Sequence record: MW349129.1
Reading direction: 5' to 3' (one strand)
DNA length: 64,000 nt
Shown piece after piece: positions 28,211 through 38,100 of the stretch. The position numbers and the translations under genes are program-made. Position 1 is the stretch's first letter, and each line of letters opens with the position of its first letter. The notes under the pieces are model-generated. The model saw only the letters and a list, made by a program, of their open reading frames with translations, made no database searches and was not told where the DNA came from.

Positions 28211-28717
28211 TTAAACGAATAATGAAAGATTGATTGCATTTGTATACGGATCCGATAATTTATATACATAAATATTAGTAATCATTAAGTCTTTCATCTC
28301 AATTTTATTATTTTTCATTAATTCATCTAACTCTGTATCTTCTTTAATAGAATCAAAAATAGCTGGACCAATATATTTTAATACTTCTTTGTCTAACTTA
28401 TCAGCCACATCTTCTTCATATTCTCTTAAATAGATTTCATAATCATCATTACTTCCCTGAAAACTTTGTTTATTTTTAGCATGCAAATCTTTATCATCTA
28501 ATTTAATAACGAATGTCGGTTTTTTAACATCAATATGTTTTTCTGCTGCTTCAGATCTAAATTTAAAGTTTTCTGATTTATTAATAGTATCACGAATAAT
28601 ATCAACTGTATTCTCTAAATCAATATAGTTCATAATATTATTTCTAATTCTCATTATTAACTGCAAATCTCTAATATCTTTTTCTTCATTAACTAATACA
28701 TCTTTATTATTTCTCAT
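28211..28717 (-). CDS. Hypothetical protein
   Basis: 168 aa ORF. Confidence 0.6.
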   Translation of the reverse strand: MRNNKDVLVNEEKDIRDLQLIMRIRNNIMNYIDLENTVDIIRDTINKSENFKFRSEAAEKHIDVKKPTFVIKLDDKDLHAKNKQSFQGSNDDYEIYLREYEEDVADKLDKEVLKYIGPAIFDSIKEDTELDELMKNNKIEMKDLMITNIYVYKLSDPYTNAINLSLFV

Positions 28718-28719
28718 TG

Positions 28720-29367
28720 TTATCTATTCCCCATTCTTTTCTCTTTTATTTTTTCTATTAATATTTTATATTTATCTAATAATACTTTATCCATTCTACC
28801 TTTAGATTCTTCTAGATCATCTTTTACATATTTAATATGTATGAATGTTTTATCTTTAAAATCACTAGAATACTTCTTAAGAGAAGTTACTTTAAATATC
28901 TGAGCGTCATCTTTCCAAAACATTTCATTCATAACATCAAATGTAGTTTTTTGGAAATTATCAACATCAGGAGTATTTATTCTCTTAATTAAACCTAAAA
29001 GTTTAAATAGTATAAGCTTTATAGAATCAGTATTATTACAAGGATTTCTTTCTGTAATTAATTCAAATTCAATAGGACTTTCAAAATTATTTTTGATAAT
29101 ATCCTTTATATAATTATCTTTTAATTCTTCTTCCATTCTTTTCTTTAGTTCTTTTTTATATGTGTGTAAAGGATCATAAGTTCTCATTCCACTTTTTCTA
29201 TGTCTAAGATATTGATAAACTTCATGATCTTCTATAGAAATAATAATTTCATTATCATTTACACTTTTATATTCAATATTACAATTTCTAACTTCTTCAA
29301 TTTTATCTAATATCTTTTTAGGTACTTCTTTTTTCTTTTTAGGCATTTTATTCAATTCCTTTAGCAA
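28720..29367 (-). CDS. rusA: RusA-family Holliday junction resolvase
   Basis: PDVDNFQK...D...WKDDAQI signature. Confidence 0.8.
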   Translation of the reverse strand: MLKELNKMPKKKKEVPKKILDKIEEVRNCNIEYKSVNDNEIIISIEDHEVYQYLRHRKSGMRTYDPLHTYKKELKKRMEEELKDNYIKDIIKNNFESPIEFELITERNPCNNTDSIKLILFKLLGLIKRINTPDVDNFQKTTFDVMNEMFWKDDAQIFKVTSLKKYSSDFKDKTFIHIKYVKDDLEESKGRMDKVLLDKYKILIEKIKEKRMGNR

Positions 29368-29462
29368 AGTGTATATTTATAATAATAACGTTATATGTAT
29401 ATTAAAATTTTTTATAAAATAAACGGTAACATTCAATTTAATGAATGTTACCGTAAAGTATA

Positions 29463-30002
29463 TTAATTTGATTGATCTTCAGCAGATCCTCCACCTAAGA
29501 TTTCAGGATTATAATTAGCATCAGCTCTAACATCTGATTCTATTAATTCTTCATCATCCTCAAAAGAAACTTGTTGTTCTAAATCTTCATCTTCAAATAT
29601 TTCTGGATCCTTTGACAAGTTTGTAGTTTCTTGGTTGCTCTCTTGCTCCAAAAAAGGCTTCACTGGAGGAAGTACCGTCCCATCATAATCTACTGCTTGA
29701 AGAGATTTTTCATTATTTGCAGTAGGTCTACTTTTAACTAAGTTACGTTCAGAGTCAGCTATTCCTTCAGTAGTACTATCTATAAAACGACCAACTAAAC
29801 TAGATATAACACCTGCAACAACTTGAACAATACTTAAAACATTAGTTTCAGTATCACCAGAAACTTCTCCACCGAAAGCACGAATTAAGAAAATAACTAC
29901 GTTGACTAATTGAATTAATAAAGCCGCTGTCCATGCTTTATTTTTAAATCTAACTAATACATTAATGTATTTGTCTGTACCAATTTTTAAATTTTTTTCC
30001 AA
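29463..30002 (-). CDS. Holin (phi LC3-like) with an acidic C-terminal extension
   Basis: INVLVRFKNK...IDSTTEGIADSE resembles the LC3 family INWKVRFKNK...DPTTxGxSDS; two TM helices. Confidence 0.75.
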   Translation of the reverse strand: MEKNLKIGTDKYINVLVRFKNKAWTAALLIQLVNVVIFLIRAFGGEVSGDTETNVLSIVQVVAGVISSLVGRFIDSTTEGIADSERNLVKSRPTANNEKSLQAVDYDGTVLPPVKPFLEQESNQETTNLSKDPEIFEDEDLEQQVSFEDDEELIESDVRADANYNPEILGGGSAEDQSN

Positions 30003-30041
30003 TTTAATATTTCTCCTTTTTATTAAAATAAATATTTAAAA

Positions 30042-30602
30042 CTATCCTCCAAATATTCTTCTAAGTATATCTAAGATTACTGAAGGAGCTAATATCAAAG
30101 ACACTATATTGATAAATAAATTTCTTTTAAAAGTTTTATTTTCCTTTTCATCACTATTAGAACCGTCTTCAATCTTCTTAAACTCAATTTCAAAGTCTTC
30201 TATATTAAGTTTACTATCTAAACCCAATCTTAAATCTTGTATATCACTAGTTATTTTTCTTTCAACTTGTTCAACATTTTGATTTAATTCTTGTTTAACA
30301 GATTGTATTTGTGATTCTAATTCATAATGTCTTCTTTTTCTTTCTTCTTCTTCAATTTTTCTATTTTCTCTATCTTCTTTCATTTCTTTTCTGATTTCTT
30401 CAGTATTTTTACCCATGTTTTCAAGTAATACTTCTACACGTACTAAGGTGTTACTTGTTTTTTGACTCTCAGATTTAACTTCGTCTATTTTCTTATCAAA
30501 CTTCTCTTCAATTTCTTCTTTAAGTGAATTATTTGACTTTAGTAATTCTAATTCAGTTATAGATTTACTATTTTCATACAATCTTCTTTTATCTTCTTCC
30601 AT
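30042..30602 (-). CDS. Coiled-coil protein with a C-terminal membrane anchor (lysis-module type)
   Basis: Heptad-rich with a C-terminal hydrophobic helix; lies next to the holin. Confidence 0.55.
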   Translation of the reverse strand: MEEDKRRLYENSKSITELELLKSNNSLKEEIEEKFDKKIDEVKSESQKTSNTLVRVEVLLENMGKNTEEIRKEMKEDRENRKIEEEERKRRHYELESQIQSVKQELNQNVEQVERKITSDIQDLRLGLDSKLNIEDFEIEFKKIEDGSNSDEKENKTFKRNLFINIVSLILAPSVILDILRRIFGG

Positions 30603-31083
30603 TTATAATAGATTCCATTCTCATTTCAAGAATTGTAAATACCGCAAAGAAGAGATTTAGGAAAGAGATGAAAATTTTTAATATTATGGTAGATTGCATA
30701 CCGGCACTATCTAAAGATAAAATAGCGTATATTAAAAATAGAGCGAAGTTAATAAATGCACCTATAGTCATTAAAGGTTTCGTCATGAAATTATCTAAGA
30801 ATAGGGAAGCAGCTAAAGCCAATCCTCCAATAATTAAAAATACACCATATGTTTTTAAATCCATAAAATTAGAAATAGCCACATAAATATCTGATGTTCT
30901 ATAAGCTTCTCTTGTTCGAAAAACAAATTGAAAGCCGTAAACTAAAGAATAAACAGATAAGAAAATAGGAGTTATATAATATTTAAATTGCTTAAGAAAA
31001 TAATATAATTTGATGACTAAACTATTTGCTTCTTCAACACTTAGATTATCTTCTCTATCATTATTTTTATTATCGCCTGTCAT
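30589..31083 (-). CDS. Four-TM membrane protein
   Basis: 164 aa, hydrophobic. Confidence 0.65.
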   Translation of the reverse strand: MTGDNKNNDREDNLSVEEANSLVIKLYYFLKQFKYYITPIFLSVYSLVYGFQFVFRTREAYRTSDIYVAISNFMDLKTYGVFLIIGGLALAASLFLDNFMTKPLMTIGAFINFALFLIYAILSLDSAGMQSTIILKIFISFLNLFFAVFTILEMRMESIINGRR

Positions 31084-31125
31084 AGTTATTTTTCACATCC
31101 TATTTTTTATTATAAATCTTTATTA

Positions 31126-31137
31126 TAAATCTTTGTT
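31126..31137 (-). promoter_or_regulatory. Late-type promoter AACA-N6-TA for the lysis block
   Basis: Minus strand AACAAAGATTTA. Confidence 0.5.
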
Positions 31138-31174
31138 CCTTTAATAGACTTGATGTGTTCTATAAACTTTGAAG

Positions 31175-31310
31175 CAAAATAAAGTCCCTAACACTCAATT
31201 AAGAATGTTAGGGACTGTTTGAAGACTTTGCCAAAATTAAAAGAAAAAAGAATAAAGATAGACAAGAACAAAGAAATTGTATGAAAGATATTTATGTAAA
31301 TAACTTTCAT
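31175..31310 (-). ncRNA. Candidate small RNA (or leaderless 40-aa peptide gene, 31188-31310)
   Basis: AACA-N6-TA promoter at 31310-31321, 5' hairpin, U-rich middle, terminator hairpin at 31183-31216. Confidence 0.4.
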
Positions 31311-31354
31311 ATAAATATGTTCTATTTTCTTTATTCAATTGATGTTGATAAGAA

Positions 31355-31693
31355 TTACTGATTAGGTAAAGTTCCGCCTTGAGCTGTTGAAGGATTTTCA
31401 GGATCTTCTTCTTGAGGTTCTACTTCTGTAGCTCGACCAATACCTTGAACTTCAGAATCTTCTACTGAATCATCAACAATATGTTCTTCATCAATAGGAT
31501 CTATTTCTTCAACTAATTCTTCGTCTTCAACATCATCACTAGATAATGTTTCTACATCATTTAATTCATTCAAAACTTCTCCAACAAATAATCTCAAATT
31601 ATTACCTTCAGAGACTTCATTTAATTCTAAAACACCTTTAGCTACTAATGTAGCATGAAAAGTTACGATAAAAGATTTTTTATTTAAACTCAT
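31355..31693 (-). CDS. Hypothetical protein with an acidic tail
   Basis: 112 aa; GGAG RBS. Confidence 0.6.
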   Translation of the reverse strand: MSLNKKSFIVTFHATLVAKGVLELNEVSEGNNLRLFVGEVLNELNDVETLSSDDVEDEELVEEIDPIDEEHIVDDSVEDSEVQGIGRATEVEPQEEDPENPSTAQGGTLPNQ

Positions 31694-31707
31694 AGTTTAA
31701 TTTCCTC

Positions 31708-32070
31708 CTATTTTCTTCCAGCCAATAAAGCAGCTAATTTCTCTTGAAGTTCACGAATTTCTTTTTCTTCAGGAGTTTCTTCTGGTTCTTCTTTCTTATT
31801 AAAAGTTTGACCTGGTTTTTCAACCAATCTAGGTTTTGAATCGATTGTTTCAACTTTTAATTTTTCCATTTGTTCACGAATATTATGATCTACAATAAAA
31901 ATTATAGTTTCTTGAGTAGAGTCATTCATATTATTTATCGAATAACCTGAAAAATAACCTTCTTCATCAATATCTTGCATATTAATAATGAGCCAGAATA
32001 AATTCTCAATTCTTCTACCTTTTTCATCATACATACTTTCATAAGTTTCAACAATTGCCAAAATAAACAC
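31708..32070 (-). CDS. Small tail-associated protein (possible fibre chaperone)
   Basis: 120 aa immediately downstream of the large tail protein; C-terminal coiled coil. Confidence 0.45.
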   Translation of the reverse strand: MFILAIVETYESMYDEKGRRIENLFWLIINMQDIDEEGYFSGYSINNMNDSTQETIIFIVDHNIREQMEKLKVETIDSKPRLVEKPGQTFNKKEEPEETPEEKEIRELQEKLAALLAGRK

Positions 32071-32126
32071 TTCCTTTTATAATAAATATTTATAAATATA
32101 AGTTTATAAATATTATAAATAACTGA

Positions 32127-35100
32127 TTACGTTATCATCTTAATAGCTCTACCTTCATCTGCAAAGTCACTTAATGACATACGAACTATAGAGATTTGAG
32201 CCATTTGTGAAGCACCTGTTGATCCAGTTATAGATAATTGTATTAGTAATGTTTTATTATAATTGTCTGGAGGACCTAAATCAATTGTCGCAACTTTTAT
32301 ACTTGTATCCGGTTTAGATGAACCGGATATTCCTATTTCTCTATGCATTTTTATGTTACTATTAGTTTTCCATCCTAAACCGTCACTGAATGTAACGTAA
32401 AGGTTATTTCCTTCTTTTGAAACTGCTTTATAAACAAATTTCAGATATCTTCTATTATGATGATAACTAAAAACATTCAATGTTGCTTTGTCTTTTCCAG
32501 AAGCTTCATCTAATTGTGCATTATCATAACCATATTTATAGACATCTCTAAAAATATTATATGTTCCAGCTCTAGTATCTTCTAAAATTATCGGCCTAAA
32601 GTTTCTTTCATCATTAGCATGAGCAGATCCGCTAACCCAGTTCCAAGTTTTAACTCCAGGCATAGTTGCAACAAAGTTGGTTTCAGATAAGAATAATCCA
32701 TCTACCATCTGGTCAACACCATCTTTTCTAATGGTTAGTCCAGATGAATTTATCTCAACATAATTATCTGTATCCATTGCTGTTTTTGAGATTTTTAATT
32801 TGTCACCAGAAAATACTACATTCCCTTTGCTATTATATATAGTCATTCTATCAGTGTTGAAATCTATATTATTAGATATCATTTTTATAGATTCTGGGTT
32901 CATTGAAATTTTACTAGACATGGCACCAGTACTGTATTTATCTAAAGATGAAGGTGTCCATGTTTTTAATGTATTTCCCTTTTCTAATTTAGGTAAACCA
33001 TAGTAGAATCTAGTTTCATCAAAGAAGGTTTTATTATGATCATAATTATTATATCTTAATAGAAATCTTACATAGTTAGTTTCTCCGTTATCAGTTGTTC
33101 TTGGTATTTTTGTAGTAAAACTATATCTCTTCCATGTATCAAATACAAATTCACTAGCTGGAATTTCAACTCTACTAATACTAGCATTTGTACTCTGACT
33201 TGTATTTTCATAACCCGCCATCTCAAAATATATTTTATAAGATAAATATTTTTTTGCAGATGATGGTATATAAATATATACAGATCCTGTAATATAGTCT
33301 CCAATTTCAAAGTTTCCTTCCCTGCCTACAGGTAGATATCCTGATAGAATTGAAGGCCACGTAGAACCAAAATCATTTTGAGTATATTTAAAAACAGACT
33401 TAACGGAACTATCATCAAATTCCATATCTTCATTTCCATCTACATATTCAACCAATTTAATATTTTCAAATGAAGCATCTATACTTGAATTTTCATCAGT
33501 ACCTGATCTAGTTGCATATAATAATAACTGATTAACACCTTCTTCATTTGGCGAAGTGAATTCAATATAATTTCTTTCTCCATCAGTTACTGGAAACTCT
33601 TGTGTGTGTGTTGAAGGCATAACAGGTAAGAATGATCCATCATCAAAAGATGAACCTGTATATGGATATCTATATGGAAATAACGTAACTACTTTTAGTG
33701 TATTTTGTCCTGATAATATATTATAGTCAAATGCTAATTTATATTTTGTATTTTTCTTTAATGGTGAGGACAGACTTATTGTCATTCTTCTGTAATTTCC
33801 ACTTGTAGATATATTATTCTTTCTATATCTAGGAGCTAAAGCAATATTATCATCTGTACTTATTGTCATATCACTTTCGTCAGCTATAGAAAATCTAGGG
33901 TATAAAGGTCTATCCGATTTATCTAGACGAATATTTTTGAAAGAAAATTCACCATTTGAGTAGGGTGACACAGATGCTATAATGAGTCTCAATCTATCCA
34001 TTTTAGAAAGATCTGCACTTGTTACTGTGAATGTCGTTTTAAAGAAATTCCATTCTTCAGTTAGATCGCTATCTGCACTGAGATTATAACTTAATGGATT
34101 AAGTGTTTCACCTGGTTTGTTTACTCTTAAACTTACAGTTATTGATCCAGTTGGTGTAGTTCTGGATTTTCTGGCTTGGAAACTGAAAGTGTAAGTTCCT
34201 GGATTAATCTTTGAAAGTTTAGGACTTCCTGCTCCATCAGAATAATCTTTGCTAGATGTTTGCCATTGTTTCCATCCTTCATTCGCATTTGATCTTATTG
34301 TCAAATAATCTTTATTTGCGGTAGTTGTATCCGTAGGATATTCTTCACTTGATCCACTAAATGTATATATCCAGTACGGTGAGTCAATTTTTTCTGCATA
34401 ATTTATTTTTAATGATTCATTGTCATCAGCATTGACCCATCCTTCCCATCCATTACGAAGATCAGTATTTATTAATGAATTATCTGCGTTTAAATAAGTA
34501 CTTATTTTATTAACAGATAATTCAATAGAATCTGCTTTTTGATCTATTTTAGAAGAGACAGTAGATATTGAAGTCTCAATATCTTCGGGAGCTGGAGACC
34601 AATCAGTTGCTTTATTACCTTTTTCTATTTTAATATTAGAAATATAAATATTTGCTTTTGAAGTGGATTCTCTAGTAATATAAAATCTCATATAATTACT
34701 TTCTTGAGATTTGAATGGAACGCTATATCTAACAATATTATTGGTTAAACTTTTATTAAATTCATTATACCCAAAAATGGATACAAATGGATCAAAATCA
34801 GTAGCATCATCCTTAAGCTTTCTTATTTGTGGATAAATATCTCCTTTTTCACTACCATCTTTATATGCATCAAATGATATAATATAATCCGTATAAGGAT
34901 CAGTTTTAAAAGTTTGAGTCAACCAGTTTTGATTTCCACTATTTTGAAGTGGTGCAAAAGTTCTCCCATCTTTATTAAATTTATCTGTAAAATTACCAAT
35001 CCAGAAAGATTTATCAAAATCTTTAGTACCTCTTAGTATATTTTTTCCACCGACTTGAATATTGTTAATTTGAGAATTAACATCTTCAGGAGCAGGTGTC

Positions 35101-38100
35101 CAATCAGTAGATTTATTACCTTTTTCAATTTTAATATTTTTAATAGAGAATTTATCTCCATTATTATTGTTATATGCGTATATAGCCCATCTAGAGTTAG
35201 TTCCAGAAGTCTTAGTTATTTTAGAAGTGTATTTATATCTGAATTCTTTATTACCAATATTAGTTATTGTATCACTACCAATAGACATTCCTGGATCTAC
35301 TACACTATCATATATTCTAAATACATCCCCACGTTCCATTTGTAAATCAAATGATATAGATATTTCATCTCCAACTTCTACTTTGTTTAATAATTCATCA
35401 ATATAAATTCTCCATAAATATTGATAACTACCATTTGAATTATCTTCAAAACCTTTATTCCAAGATAAACTGTTTTCTAATAAGTTTCTAGCACCAATTT
35501 GAATATTATTAATATTTTCATTAACTCTATTTTCAACAGCAGAAACTTGACTAGTAATTTGATTTGGTAATTGTTCGATACTTGAAGTATTTGCTGATAT
35601 TTTACCATCTAGTATTTTTTGTTCACTTACAATACCACTAATTTTATCTGTTTCAACTTTAAGTTCAGAATAATTATTTTCAATTAATTTACCAGTTTCA
35701 GTTAATTTAGTAGCATTAAGAGTAATATCTTTTTCAGTCTGAGTTATTCTAGTTTCAGCTTTAGAAAATCTATCTTCAAGATCCCCTTTAGATAATCCCC
35801 AATCTGTATCAATATTACCTAATTCTAGTTGAGGCTTAGAAATATAAGCTAAACTATTTACATCTTTAGCTGTAAAGTAAATTCTTATCTTTTTACTTTT
35901 ACCAGTATTAAATCTAACATTGTAACGTTTATCTTCTTCTGTAGTTTCTCGATAAGTACCACTAGTTATAATATAATCTAAGGGATCGAAAATTTTACCA
36001 TCATCAGTTAATCTCATAATAGGTGTATATGCAATTCCTTGAGTAATTCCTTCTTTATTATGTGCATTATAGCTTAATACATAATCAGTATTAGGTATTA
36101 CATCTACTTCTTGGAATATACTCCATGCTAATCTGTTAGATTCAGAAATATAATCTAGTGAGTAACCAATACCATCTTTAATTATCCCACCATATTTACT
36201 GAAGTTTGTCTTATTAAATGGTAAATCAAATTTCTCAGTACCCACTAATAAGTTATTTCCACCTATTTTAATTTTATCAGAAAGAGCTTCTACACTAGTT
36301 TCAGAAGTAACTCTTTGATCAATTCTACCAATTTCAGCAGTAATACTAGTCTCTAAATTAGATACAGTGTCATCCGTAGCTTCTTGTTTAGATACTAAAT
36401 TAGTAATTCTATCAGCTTCGACTTTAACTAAAGCTTTAGAAGATTCCATAACGTCATTAACTGCAGACTGTCTATCTGTAACTTCTTGAGTTATAGCATC
36501 ATTAGCAACTGTTAATTTACCTGAAAGATCTGTAATATCAGTACCTTGTTTTTCAACTTTTTCGGCAGTGATTGTATAGCTACTATCAAGTTGTTCCACT
36601 TTAGTAGATAAATCACTATAATTATCTTCAGTTGCTGTTATTCTTTGTACCAACGATGTAATTTTATCAGTTTCAATCTTTATTTGACCAATTTGACTTT
36701 CTAATTCTTCTCTATCTGTTTTCTGTGACTGAGAAACTAGATCAATCTGTCCTGCGATAGTTTCTATTCTAGAAGTAATGTCTGTCATTACTTTATCATC
36801 TAAATCAGTTATCTTCTTAGAAACTTCTTGACGGATCATATCGACAGTCTGACTTACTTCGGAGAAACCTTCAGTGACTTGTTTTCTATAGTCATCCATC
36901 TCTTTTTTAGTCATCATAGTAGCAACTAATTCATTAGTATCTATAACTGTCTTTTTAACTGATTCAAGACCAGTAACATCATACATCTCTAAATTAGTAA
37001 CCCAGAATTTAGGTTCATCAGATCCATCTTCAAATTCAATAACATCTGAATCTTCAGATTGGTTTACTTTAAAGTATAATGTCATATAGAAAGCACCGTA
37101 TAGGAAACCATTAGTACCTCTAACATTTTCTTTAGTAATTAAACATTGACGATGATACCAACCATTAAATTCTTCTGGATCGTCATCTTCTTCTGTATTA
37201 GGAATATCCTCATCTTTAATTAAAGACCATTCTACATTACTATCAGTAAATGTTCCTGAGACTTTAGTTCCGGCAGGGAAACCACCATCTTCTGAATCAT
37301 AGTTAATTAAATCAAAAGGTCTATTTAAATAGATACAATTATTTTCTCTATCAATAGCTCCAAAATCCCAACCGTTCATGAATACATTTCTAGAGTATGC
37401 TGATTCTCCATAATTATAACCATCATTACTCTTGAAATTCCAAATAACTAATGAATGATTGTCATTATAATCTGTTAAATTAGGATTAATATTTCTATTA
37501 ACAATTCCAGCATTAGACACATTATAATTATTAGTCATAGTTTTAATAGCTTCTTCTTCATCTACTGGAGTTGAATTAGTATCAACAGCAACATCTGAAT
37601 CCGGCATAGGAACATCAATTTCATCTGATGTTGTTGCATCTTCTTCAGGAGTATCATCTGCATAGATTACAGTATCTTCTTCTTCATCAGGCAATGCATT
37701 AGGATCATCTATAGAAAGAATATCATCTGCATCATTAGGTAATATAATTGATCCGTCTCTATCGTAATCATAAACAGGAGTGTCATCTCCTTCATCTAAT
37801 GGAGCAGATTGGAATCTATAAGTATCATCAAGACCATCAAGACTATTGAAATAAATAACTTTATCTCCTTGTCTTAATTCTTGAGCTAATTCAATTACAG
37901 GTTTTTCACTACCCATTACATGTTGAGATTCTATTAATTGTCCATCTTTATCATAACTTAAATGTCCTATAGAAGAAGGAAGCGAATTATTATTTTTCAT
38001 AAACATAGAAAGTTTGTATGTTTTCTCTGGATTAATCGGTATTAATCTTTCAGAAGAAACAGTAGAGTTAAATCCGTCCATTCTAAATGAAGCTGCCGAC

